Source of the DNA: Anaerolineae bacterium
GTDB lineage: Bacteria > Chloroflexota > Anaerolineae > UBA1429
Reading direction: 5' to 3'
Assembly: GCA_041685915.1 (NCBI GenBank)
Contig: JAWLEV010000002.1
Coordinates: 1 to 62,253, forward strand
DNA length: 62,253 bases
Below are positions 8,986-19,754 of this stretch, one piece after another. Under the pieces are notes generated by a model, which made no database searches, was not told the DNA's origin, and worked only from the letters and a program-made list of their open reading frames with translations. Position numbers and translations under genes: made by a program. Each line of letters begins with the position of its first letter. The first letter of the stretch is position 1.

Positions 8986-9750
8986 CTAACGGCTCAGCCA
9001 GCCGCCATCCACGGGATAGATGGTACCGTGGCAATAGTTGGAAGCCTCTGAGGCCAAAAAGACGACGGCACCCTTTAGATCCTCCGGTGTGCCCCATCGA
9101 TCCGCGGGGATGCGAGCCAGTATGGCCGGGTTGCGCTCTGGATCCTTTTCCAGCACGGCTGTCAGTTCAGTGAGCATGTATCCCGGCGCGATGGCATTCA
9201 CGTTGACGTTCTGATCGGCCAACTCGTTAGCCATGGCCCGTGTCACACCGGCCACACCATGTTTAGAGGCCGTATAGGAGGGCACGCCGAGCCCTCCCTC
9301 GTAGGAGAGCATGGAGGCCACGTTGATGATCTTGCCTCGGCCCTGCTCGACGAAATGGCGGGCTGCCGCTTGAGAGAGGAACATGAGACTCGTGAGATTG
9401 ATCTTTAATACTCTGTTCCAGGCCTCCTCGGAACATTCCAGGGTGGATTCCCGGGCGATGGTGCCGGCCACGTTCACCAGAATGTCGAGGCCCCCCATGG
9501 CTTCCACGGTATCCTGGACGAGGCCGTGGAGATCCTCTGCACTGGCTTTATATAGGTCGAAGGGGAAGTGGAGGAAACGACGTCCCAGGGCCTCGATCTC
9601 CTCCGCTGTCTCTGCGCAAGAGCTTCGGGAGACTCCCACCACGTCGGCGCCCGCCTCTGCCAGTCCGATGGCCATTCCCTGACCCAACCCGCGGCTGGCC
9701 CCCGTCACCAGAGCCACTCTATCGTCCAATTTGAACTTGTCGAGTATCAT
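8986..9750 (-). CDS. SDR-family oxidoreductase, KduD-like (2-deoxy-D-gluconate 3-dehydrogenase type)
   Basis: TGASRGLG cofactor motif, catalytic YTASKHG (YxxxK), KduD-like N-terminus MILDKFKLDDRVALVTG. Confidence 0.8.
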   Translation of the reverse strand: MILDKFKLDDRVALVTGASRGLGQGMAIGLAEAGADVVGVSRSSCAETAEEIEALGRRFLHFPFDLYKASAEDLHGLVQDTVEAMGGLDILVNVAGTIARESTLECSEEAWNRVLKINLTSLMFLSQAAARHFVEQGRGKIINVASMLSYEGGLGVPSYTASKHGVAGVTRAMANELADQNVNVNAIAPGYMLTELTAVLEKDPERNPAILARIPADRWGTPEDLKGAVVFLASEASNYCHGTIYPVDGGWLSR

Positions 9751-9970
9751 GAACGTTTCTCCCTTTTTCTTTACGTTACTTGAAACTCACCCTATTTTAC
9801 TGCAAATACCCATATCCAACAATCGTTCTGTATTCCAGGGGAGTGAAAATTGGATGGAGCTCGTGACCTTTTCCACGGGGCCGGCCTGATGCAGATAAGG
9901 AGACGGACTCGATTACGTGAGGTAACGCGGATTTGTCTGACGTGGTATCTGTCTATGAAAAAAAAGAGTT

Positions 9971-11323
9971 CTAGTCCGCTTCCATTTGGGCATAGTCCTG
10001 GCCCAGGATAATACGGATATCGGCGTCATAGGAGGTTTCTTTTTGAAAAGCCTCTTGGGGATTCACTCCCAGAACGGAGGCGAGGGCGTCTGTCGCGTAG
10101 GGATTGTCTCCGTACAGGACAAACTTTGTTGTCTTGTGGTCCAGTCGTTCGGCGTTCTCGTAGCGTGTCACGTTGAATCCCCGCTCCTTCAAGAGACTTT
10201 CCGTTCTTTTTGCCAGGTCAGGCACGGCGGTGCCATTTTGCAGTACGATGCGGGCCTCCTGGATCTCCGGACGAACTTTTGGGGAGCTGGACGTCGGCGC
10301 CGCCGAGGGGACGGGGGAGGGAAAGAGTTCTTCTACCAGTTCCTGTACCTTGCTCCAGTCGGCCACTTCCACCACCCAGTTCTCCGGCGTGACCACCGTG
10401 GTGGTCATGGATTCATCAAGTACCGCCCGGTCGATGTTGGAGCGGTCGATACGTTTCGCGACCTTGGCCAAGGCGATCATCTCTTCGAGGGTCATATCCG
10501 TTTTCACCGTATCACCGGCCACCTCGATTATTTTTGGAATGCGCGATACGGGGACATCCAGGCTCAGTATCTTGTCCCGCACGGCCATGATGACGTCCTG
10601 CTGGCGTTTCATACGGTCAAAGTCGTTGCTGCCATGTCGTGAACGGGCGTACTGCAAAGCGGTCTCTCCGTCCATCTGTTGAAGGCCGGCGGGAATATCC
10701 ACAACCATGGTCCCATAGTTCTCGTCGGGATAATTTTCATCGTGGATCCGTTCCTCCACGTCGATGGTGATGCCCCCAATCTCGTCCACCAGCCTCTCAA
10801 AGCCTCTAAAGTTGATGCGCACATAATAGTGGACGGGAACACCGAACGCGTGCCAGACAGTCTTTTTGGCCAGGGCCACGCCCCCGCCGGGATAGTCGCG
10901 CTGATCTCCCAGAAAATGGGCAGTGTTGATACGGTTCTCTCCAAACCCGGGGATGGTGGTCCACAAGTCCCGCGGAATGGAGAGTATGGCCGCCGAGTCG
11001 GTGGCGGGATCGATGGAGAGGAGAATCATGGTGTCCGTGCGCCAAGGGCCCGATTCCTCACTGCGCTGATCGATGCCCAGGAGAAGGATATTTATCCGCT
11101 CCTTTTCCTCGACGACGTCGGGAAGCTCTTCTTCGGGCGCTCGTCCCAGCGTCGTGCCTGCTTGAACGTTTGGTGAGGAAAAGGACGACGACGGGCGAGC
11201 CATAAGGGCGCGCATAGTGGAGAAGAATAAATAAGCGGAATAGAGGGCTCCCGCTACAAGTAAAACGATTAAAAAGGTGGCCAATGCCGCTTTCAAATCC
11301 CGTCTTTTCAAAATCTGAAACAC
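9971..11323 (-). CDS. LCP (LytR-CpsA-Psr) family protein with LytR_C domain
   Basis: N-terminal TM, INILLLGIDQRSEE...RTDTMILLSIDP...ILSIPRDL core, C-terminal LytR_C-like domain (ARIVLQNGTAVPDLAKR). Confidence 0.85.
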   Translation of the reverse strand: MFQILKRRDLKAALATFLIVLLVAGALYSAYLFFSTMRALMARPSSSFSSPNVQAGTTLGRAPEEELPDVVEEKERINILLLGIDQRSEESGPWRTDTMILLSIDPATDSAAILSIPRDLWTTIPGFGENRINTAHFLGDQRDYPGGGVALAKKTVWHAFGVPVHYYVRINFRGFERLVDEIGGITIDVEERIHDENYPDENYGTMVVDIPAGLQQMDGETALQYARSRHGSNDFDRMKRQQDVIMAVRDKILSLDVPVSRIPKIIEVAGDTVKTDMTLEEMIALAKVAKRIDRSNIDRAVLDESMTTTVVTPENWVVEVADWSKVQELVEELFPSPVPSAAPTSSSPKVRPEIQEARIVLQNGTAVPDLAKRTESLLKERGFNVTRYENAERLDHKTTKFVLYGDNPYATDALASVLGVNPQEAFQKETSYDADIRIILGQDYAQMEAD

Positions 11324-11357
11324 GTTGACCTCACGTTTACCCTGCCTGACTTGAGAG

Positions 11358-11384
11358 ATTATAGCATGTGCGCACCTTTGACAA
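11358..11384 (-). promoter_or_regulatory. sigma70-like promoter of the LCP gene
   Basis: On the minus strand: TTGTCA (11379-11384), 15-nt spacer, extended -10 TGC-TATAAT (11358-11363), about 35 nt upstream of the start. Confidence 0.4.
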
Positions 11385-11580
11385 ATATGGTGTCGCTATA
11401 GCACACATGGTCTGTCCATGATTCGAGCGCGACTTTCCCTGATCCGTGCATGGCCTCCTGAACTCTTGCTTGGGCATGAAATCCGCTTATCAGATAGCCC
11501 CATTGGGATGCTGTGTCCGCGGCCCCTTAATCGCCCCGCCCTGGGCGTCAAAGTTTGGCTCTACTGAAAGAACTACAAAG

Positions 11581-11678
11581 AGCTGCGTGGCACTTACAAT
11601 CGATCCTTCAAGAATTATTACCTTTACGTTTAGAATACATTTTTTTGCTATCAATTGTCGTACAAGTGCCACGCAGCT
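11581..11678. repeat. Long inverted repeat with AT-rich loop, downstream of the isomerase gene
   Basis: agctgcgtggcactt (11581-11595) is the perfect reverse complement of aagtgccacgcagct (11664-11678). The arms extend imperfectly (acaatcgat/atcaattgt). The interior is below 30% GC. Confidence 0.6.
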
Positions 11679-11746
11679 GAACGCATGACATCTTTTTTCA
11701 GGGGAGCCAAGTTCATGCCCGGGAAAGCTGCGTTTTCATGTTCAGA

Positions 11747-13174
11747 TCAGGAATGGCGATACAGGTCCCAGTCCAGATAAGTGCCAATGGCCTCCTCGAC
11801 GACGTCGGAACAGTGGCCGCGCGCCATGGCAACGTGATGCTCAAACCCATGCTTGCAGAGATGATCCATGAGTCCTTGCAGGTTTGAGACCTTGCAGACC
11901 GCCGCTCCACCGGCGATATCAAGGGGATCACCAGTGAACTCGCCCTCACCCAGGTAGCACTTGATGATGCCCCTGGGATCATCCGTCGATGTCCGGAAGA
12001 AGGTCATCGGACCGGCGGCAACCCTTGCTTTGACGGCACCAAAGCAGCGATCCGGCCCCAGCGTCCCTCCCAGCACGTCCAGGTTGGAGATTTCGACATC
12101 CTCCTTCCCGATAAAGGACTTGGGAAAGTTGCTACAGTGAATCCCGACACACTTATTTCTGTCCTGCGCATAGTTGTTGTTCCAATCCAGCAAAGCCGGC
12201 GGATTCCCGGACGCGAGGAGCAGAGCGTACATGGAGACGGCTCCCAGCACATCCACCTCACAGGCGCTGGGCAGCAGTCGCTCGCCCATCATGCTCATCG
12301 TCAGACACGTGGCGCAGCCATAGTTCTTTTGGATGGAATCCCAGCACTGGATGGCGCTGGCATCGCACCCATTTTCCCGCATCCAACGGTCGATCACCAC
12401 CGACAGCTTGGCCTGCTTTACCACATTCTGCCTTGGAATGTACTCGGGGATGGCGCCATATTCCTCGATCCTGGCCAATTTGTCCTCGACCGCGCTGTCG
12501 TCCGAATCAAGAGCCCGAGCGCGAAAGATAATCTCTGAAAGATCCACCGGGACGACGGTGATCCCGGTTTCCTGAAGGAGCTTTTCGCTGAAACGCACCG
12601 TCTGAAACGGGGCTGGCCTCGCTCCGATGGCACCGATCCGCGCCCCGGTCAGTCCCTGGATGAGGCGACAGACTTGAGCAAAGGATGCCAGATCCTGCTC
12701 GAATATCTCACTCTCGATCGAGCAGGAGTGGTAGGTCGTATTGGTAAAAGGGATGCCGTATTGATAAAGATTATTGCAGACCGATAGCTTGCCGCAAAAA
12801 GCATCTCTTCTATACTCGGACTTGAGCTTTTCCAGGTCGTCATCAAAAGCATGCACGAGCACGGGCAGGTCCAGATCCGCCATGTCCAGCGTCTGAACAA
12901 CGGCGACCTCATCGCCAAAATTCGGAAGTGTGACGATAAATCCGTCGATCTCGTGCTCATGATCCTTAAAGAACTCGGCTGTGATCCGAGCATCATCCAA
13001 CGTCTCTATGGCGCCGTTGGGCGTTGCGTCCTTTGGCGGGATGACGTACTTGTAACCGAGGTTGGTCAATCTGGATAACAGGGCCTCCCTGCCCTCGGCG
13101 GCGAGAACGGGATTGAAAAACCCCCGGGTCCCGACGATCAAACCAAAGGTCGGTGATTTTTCCACGATGCGCAT
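11747..13174 (-). CDS. L-fucose/L-arabinose isomerase-family sugar isomerase
   Basis: 475 aa; the N-terminus MRIVEKSPTFGLIVGTRGFFNP and overall size resemble FucI/AraA-like isomerases. Family call from recollection only. Confidence 0.55.
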   Translation of the reverse strand: MRIVEKSPTFGLIVGTRGFFNPVLAAEGREALLSRLTNLGYKYVIPPKDATPNGAIETLDDARITAEFFKDHEHEIDGFIVTLPNFGDEVAVVQTLDMADLDLPVLVHAFDDDLEKLKSEYRRDAFCGKLSVCNNLYQYGIPFTNTTYHSCSIESEIFEQDLASFAQVCRLIQGLTGARIGAIGARPAPFQTVRFSEKLLQETGITVVPVDLSEIIFRARALDSDDSAVEDKLARIEEYGAIPEYIPRQNVVKQAKLSVVIDRWMRENGCDASAIQCWDSIQKNYGCATCLTMSMMGERLLPSACEVDVLGAVSMYALLLASGNPPALLDWNNNYAQDRNKCVGIHCSNFPKSFIGKEDVEISNLDVLGGTLGPDRCFGAVKARVAAGPMTFFRTSTDDPRGIIKCYLGEGEFTGDPLDIAGGAAVCKVSNLQGLMDHLCKHGFEHHVAMARGHCSDVVEEAIGTYLDWDLYRHS

Positions 13175-13245
13175 CTCTTTTTTCTCCTTTCGGACACTTT
13201 TTCGATTGGGATGGCGATATCCCTCTGGAATTCCTTACCGAGATG

Positions 13246-14726
<1,481 letters not shown>

Positions 14727-14730
<4 letters not shown>

Positions 14731-15683
14731 TCTGCCCCTCGTATAGAATCCAAACCAAGAACCTCGGTAGCCGCGTCGCGGATGCCCTTGGCTGTAAGAC
14801 CGAAATGCTCAAACAGGAATTCAGGCCCTCCAATGGGCGCGAATTGACCAGGTACCCCCAGAATGCGCATGGGCAGCGGATGCTCGGTGACCACCACCTC
14901 GGCCACCGCACTGCCCAAACCTCCGTAAATCTGATGCTCTTCCACAGTGACGATGGCAGCCGTCTCTTTAGCGGCGGCGATGATGGCCTCGCGGTCGATG
15001 GGTTTGATGGAAGCCATATTCAATACGCGCGCCTCAATCCCCTCTTCCGTCAAAAGTTCCGCCGCCTCCAAGGCCCTCGTCACCATCGTTCCACAGGCGA
15101 TGAGCGTGACATCGCCGCCGTCGCGCAGGCAAACGGCCCTTCCCATCTCAAGCGTATAGTCGCTGCTATGAACTATGGGCACCCCCATACGACTGAAACG
15201 CAAGTAGATCGGACCACGGATCTCCGCTGCCATCTTGACCGCCTGTTCCGACTCGATAGGGTCGGCAGGGACAACGACTCTCATATTGGCGATGGCGCGC
15301 AGCCAGGCGATATCCTCTATGGCATGATGGGTGCCCCCCAGGGCGCCATAGGCCAGACCGGTACTCACGCCGCAGAGCTTCACGTTGGCGTTGCTGTAGG
15401 CGACGTCGTTCTTGATCTGCTCCAAAGCACGTGCGGTGAGAAAGCACGCAGCAGCCGCGACAAAAGGAATCTTGCCCCCGTTTGCCAGGCCAGATGCCAT
15501 GCCAATCATATTCTGCTCGGCGATGCCCACATTGAACAGGCGATCGGGGAACAATCCACAAAAGCGCGTCAATTTGGCTGAACCGACAGAATCGTTAGTG
15601 AGAGCCACAATGCGGGGATCTCGCCGTGCGACATTTTCAAGAGCCCTAGAAAATGAATTTCGGCAATCAAACAGCTCAGTCAT
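14727..15683 (-). CDS. Transketolase, C-terminal (pyrimidine-binding) subunit
   Basis: 318 aa with FNVGIAEQNMIGMASGLA; 4-nt overlap with the downstream kinase and 8-nt overlap with the N-terminal subunit gene. Confidence 0.85.
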
Positions 15684-16506
15684 TTGACATGTCCCTCAAT
15701 TCCTCGAGCGCAGCGGCCAACTCTTTATCGGTGGGCACTCGATGATGCCATTCTGCACGATCCTCTATAAACGAAACCCCTTTGCCCTTGTGCGTGTGGG
15801 CGATAACGCAGTTGGGCCTGCCGCTCTCAAAGGGTATGCTCTCAAATATTTCAAGCAGAGCCGCGTGGTCGTGTCCGTTCACCTCACGCACTGACCAATT
15901 GAAGCTGCGCCACTTGTCAGCCAGCGGCTCAAGAGGCGCGATGCGCTCTGTCCAATCGCTCAACTGCAGCCCGTTACGGTCCACAATCAACGTTAGATTG
16001 TCCAACTTGAGATGAGAAGCCTGCAAGGCCGCCTCCCAGTTGCTGCCAGCCTGCATTTCACCGTCTCCTGTCAGAACGAATGCGCGCCAAGAGGCGCCAT
16101 CCATCTTGGCAGCGAGGGCTGCCCCCACCCCAATGGGAAGCCCATGCCCCAGCGAGCCCGTGTTCGCCTCCACTCCTGGAATTTCGTCGACGGGATGTCC
16201 GCTCAATCTGGATAGAGGCTGCATGTAGGTGTGCAACTCCTCCTTGGGGATGAAATCCGCAAAGGCGAGTACAGTGTAAAGCAGAGCGGAGCTGTGTCCT
16301 TTACTCATGATAAAGCGGTCGCGATCGGGGGCATCAGCCCTGGAAGGGCTAATGTGCAATACGCCGCCCAGATAGAGCGTGGTAAGGATATCCGCCGCGG
16401 AAAGATCCCCGCCAGTGTGTCCCCCACCCGCCTCATGGATCACTCGTAAATTGCGCCGTCGAACCCTGTAGGCCATCCGCCTCAGTTCTTTGGGAGTCAA
16501 TGCCAT
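15676..16506 (-). CDS. Transketolase, N-terminal (TPP-binding) subunit
   Basis: GGHTGGDLSAADIL, GSLGHGLPIGVG, GDGEMQAGSNWEA thiamine-diphosphate motifs. Confidence 0.85.
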   Translation of the reverse strand: MALTPKELRRMAYRVRRRNLRVIHEAGGGHTGGDLSAADILTTLYLGGVLHISPSRADAPDRDRFIMSKGHSSALLYTVLAFADFIPKEELHTYMQPLSRLSGHPVDEIPGVEANTGSLGHGLPIGVGAALAAKMDGASWRAFVLTGDGEMQAGSNWEAALQASHLKLDNLTLIVDRNGLQLSDWTERIAPLEPLADKWRSFNWSVREVNGHDHAALLEIFESIPFESGRPNCVIAHTHKGKGVSFIEDRAEWHHRVPTDKELAAALEELRDMSND

Positions 16507-16630
16507 AGAATCCTCTGCATCCTACGAATAACCATAGTTTGCCTGCAGGTTGAACGTCGAACTACTCTCGGGGCGAACTTGTCCCAATGCTCGGAACCTG
16601 TGCTGTAAAACCTTTCCTCACACCTGAGCC

Positions 16631-17350
16631 TCATTCGGCCTGTTGGATGCCCACCACCTTTTTGCCCGGCCTGGCGGCCATGTCGCGCAACAGGTCTGCC
16701 ACCGCTTCCGCGCCCGCCTGCAGTATGCGTTCTCCCTTCTCTGCCGAGCCCGGATAGGCATCGGTGATATTCTCTACCAGTTGGTACTTTTCCTCGTGTA
16801 CAGATTCCGGTGCCAGGGCCAGGATGGCGGACGTCTCCGCCTCGCCCGCGTGGCCGATGTTGTGCTGGGGCCCCTCACAGATGGCGTCGATCTCTTCCGG
16901 CATGAGGTCGAACCAGCTGCAGGCCTCCACCTGCATGCCAAGGGTGTGCTTCAATTCCAGGGCGGCAGCCCGGATGGTATCCCCGTTGCCGCCATGTCCG
17001 CTGAGGATCAGGACACGCTCGAATCCCTGGGCGGCGATCGATTCGCAGATGTCCCCCAGCATGTTTATCACCGTGACCACGCGCAGGGAGATGGTCCCGT
17101 TGTGGACCATGTGGTGCGGGGAGACGCCAAAGGGGATGACGCGCGTCACCAGCACGGGTACGTCGTCCAGACTGCGCGCCGCCTCTGCCGCCACGTACTC
17201 GACGGTGCGGCAGTCGGTGTCCACAGGAAGGTGATGGCCGTGCTGCTCCGTGGAGGCGATGGGCACCACGACCACGGTGCCACGTTCTGCCCAGTCCGAG
17301 AATTCGTCGCGCGTGTGCTCCGTCCACATTACTTCCTCTAGAGGTTTCAT
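16631..17350 (-). CDS. Creatininase-family metal amidohydrolase
   Basis: 239 aa with VVPIASTEQHGHHLP and SGHGGN motifs typical of the creatinine amidohydrolase family. Confidence 0.75.
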   Translation of the reverse strand: MKPLEEVMWTEHTRDEFSDWAERGTVVVVPIASTEQHGHHLPVDTDCRTVEYVAAEAARSLDDVPVLVTRVIPFGVSPHHMVHNGTISLRVVTVINMLGDICESIAAQGFERVLILSGHGGNGDTIRAAALELKHTLGMQVEACSWFDLMPEEIDAICEGPQHNIGHAGEAETSAILALAPESVHEEKYQLVENITDAYPGSAEKGERILQAGAEAVADLLRDMAARPGKKVVGIQQAE

Positions 17351-17437
17351 CGCTCAACTCCTTCGTGTTCTATGTTTTATTGAATTAAAGTGATGGAAAA
17401 TGGGATGCGCCGACCCACAGCGCCCCCAGACCAAGCG

Positions 17438-19528
17438 CTATTCCAGGGCGATCACGGCCACGTCGCGGGCACCGGCCGTCAACGTCATGGTACGTCCGTC
17501 GACGTCGGCGTCAGCGCCCCAGAGGGTGGAGGCTTCCGAGAAGGAGCCCCATGTCTCACCGAAGGTAAGGCGGACTGGGATCGGCTGACGCATGGGATTG
17601 GCCACCCACACATACGTTCCTCCCGACCCATCGTGTAGGCGCGCCTTTACCCGGGGATCGCTGCATCGCACGTGCTGTTCCTTGCCCGCAAAGCGAAGCA
17701 GTTGGGCAAAGAGGTGTGGTGATCGATCGTCCGGATGCGCGGCATACCCGTGTCCACACATTGTCCCTATAAGGCGTGTCTTCCCTTGCCCATGGGTGTG
17801 ATCCACAGCCGCTACGCGATCGTCTTTGTACCAGCCCACGGGCGTGCCCGTCGTGGGCTCGTAGGCTTGAAGAAACAGGCCACCCCATACCCACGCGCCG
17901 TCCAGATTGAACTCCAGATCGCCCAGCAGATCGGGGGTGAACTCCACATAGCTCTCCCGCGCGCCGAACAGCTCGTCCAAGCCCAGGTTGGGCTGCGTGG
18001 TGCCCACGTGCCCCTGATCGCCGAAATAGCCCGGACATCCCTCGGCCACCAGGACGCCCCCGTCCTCTACCCAGCGCCGCAGCCTGTTCGCCGTCTCCTG
18101 CTTGAGCATAACGGGGAAGGGCAAATACAAAAAGTCATAGGCGTCCATATTCTCGGGACGAACCCAGTCGGCCTGGATGTTGTTGTCAAAGAAGCCCTGA
18201 TAGGCGCCATGCATCGACTGTGCATAGTAGTCGGTATCGCCCTGTTGGGCATAGGTAAAGAGCTCCGTCTCGGGCACCAGCAGAATGCCCACCTCACCCT
18301 GGATGGGTCTGGATTCCCACAGGCGCTCCTGCGCAGGGGCATTGACCCATTGGCCTATCTCGCTCGCCATCTCGGAGCGTGGCGTCCTGGAGCCGTCCAT
18401 GCCATAGGGCCCAAAGGCGCCGAACAGCGGCCCATCGAGGAGCGGTCGCCACCGCAGATACATCAGACCCGTCGCGCCGCCGGCAAAGCTGACCAGGTCC
18501 CAGTAACGGATATCCTCTGGCGTGGCGATGCGCCCCTCATCGCGGGGTTTGTTGAGGACGTTGGACTGCATCCAGAGCGGCCCCGCATAAGCCTCTGCAT
18601 GCCAAAAGGGCTTGCCCTGAGAGCTGGCGCGCACCAGGTCGACGGCGTGGAACTGTTTCCAGGGCTCGTCCCCGTGCCGCGAAGAGCCCCACGTGAGACC
18701 ATAGGCCTCCACCTTGGAGGCGGCGCGCCAATCGTCCTTGGTTTGCGGTGCCATGCTGGTGAGGCTGCCCACCGTGCCATGGGCCGTCACGGGATGGTCT
18801 GGGTCCAGGTCGCGGATGATGTCCGCGCGCCAGCGCATCAAGCGATAGGCGTTGTCGATGCGAAACTGCAGCCAGTCCAACGTGTCGGGATAGGGACCCA
18901 GGGAGCGGGGCGGCGTCACGTCCTCCCACGACCGAAAGCTGTACCGGTGCCAGGTCTCCTCCAAGCTCTCCAGATCGCCGTATCGCTCCTTGAGCCAGGC
19001 GCGGAATTTACGCTCTGTGGCCGGGCAGTAGCATACGTCCGAGCCATAGTTGCACTCGTTCCAGATATCATAGCCGCCCAGACCAGGATGGTCACGGTAC
19101 CGCGTCACCAGTTCGCGGAGGAAACGCTCCGCCACCTCCCGATAGTCCTCGTTGTCGAGGCACAATCCGGGAAAGCCACCCACGATGCAACTCCCGCTCA
19201 TGTGGGGTTCAACCGTGTTTCCATCTCGCGTCTCGAACCGCGCATGTTCATACTCGCGATAGGCCCACTCGGGAGCGGCAACCATCATCTCGGCGATGAC
19301 GGTCTTAATCCCGTTCTCGGCCGCCAGATCCAGCTGCCTGTCGTAATCCTCCCAATCGAACGCACCGGGAGCCCTCTCGATAGCCGACCACAGAAACCAG
19401 TGGCGGAAGGTATTCATGCCATCCTCGGACGCCGTCTCATAGTCCTGGGCCCAGTCCGAGCGGGGAGGGTTCGACTTGCGGAAATAGACTGCGCCGTAGG
19501 GAAATGAAGGAAGTGTATCGTTGGCCAT
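17438..19528 (-). CDS. GH42-family beta-galactosidase
   Basis: 696 aa, TIM-barrel N-domain with acid/base region DIWNECNYG, trimerisation and C-terminal beta domains in GH42 order. Confidence 0.8.
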   Translation of the reverse strand: MANDTLPSFPYGAVYFRKSNPPRSDWAQDYETASEDGMNTFRHWFLWSAIERAPGAFDWEDYDRQLDLAAENGIKTVIAEMMVAAPEWAYREYEHARFETRDGNTVEPHMSGSCIVGGFPGLCLDNEDYREVAERFLRELVTRYRDHPGLGGYDIWNECNYGSDVCYCPATERKFRAWLKERYGDLESLEETWHRYSFRSWEDVTPPRSLGPYPDTLDWLQFRIDNAYRLMRWRADIIRDLDPDHPVTAHGTVGSLTSMAPQTKDDWRAASKVEAYGLTWGSSRHGDEPWKQFHAVDLVRASSQGKPFWHAEAYAGPLWMQSNVLNKPRDEGRIATPEDIRYWDLVSFAGGATGLMYLRWRPLLDGPLFGAFGPYGMDGSRTPRSEMASEIGQWVNAPAQERLWESRPIQGEVGILLVPETELFTYAQQGDTDYYAQSMHGAYQGFFDNNIQADWVRPENMDAYDFLYLPFPVMLKQETANRLRRWVEDGGVLVAEGCPGYFGDQGHVGTTQPNLGLDELFGARESYVEFTPDLLGDLEFNLDGAWVWGGLFLQAYEPTTGTPVGWYKDDRVAAVDHTHGQGKTRLIGTMCGHGYAAHPDDRSPHLFAQLLRFAGKEQHVRCSDPRVKARLHDGSGGTYVWVANPMRQPIPVRLTFGETWGSFSEASTLWGADADVDGRTMTLTAGARDVAVIALE

Positions 19529-19730
19529 CTGCCTCTCCTAACCCAACTATTCGAATTACCTTACCTCTGATCTGGGGCTTATATCGGTTGAAAGAATACC
19601 CCGGCTACCAGATACCTCGACTACTATTGTATGATTTCAGCCAGAAAGACTTCCCAAGTCTTCTTCAGTGACATTGCACAGCCAAGAGCCCCTCCGCGAA
19701 AGCAGCGGACGCAACGGTAACACAGATTCA

Positions 19731-19747
19731 GAGACTTCGGAAGTCTC
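19731..19747 (-). terminator. Short hairpin just after the enolase-family gene stop; a related hairpin lies at 19644-19663
   Basis: gagactt-cgg-aagtctc (7-bp stem) 8 nt past the stop; second copy gaaagactt-ccc-aagtcttc; weak T-tracts. Confidence 0.3.
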
Positions 19748-19754
19748 ACCATCC

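Noticed and set aside
17735-19507. Very long antisense ORFs. The example is a 590-aa ORF opposite the GH42 gene. Others are 4219..5421, 19668..20822, 35899..36657, 39351..40319, 43731..44843, 44964..46223, 47067..48062, 48168..49427 and 55851..56543.
   Set aside because: High-GC DNA leaves stop-free antisense frames. These translations are Arg/Gly/His/Pro-rich and have no motifs, while the opposite-strand proteins carry clear family signatures and RBS-preceded starts.
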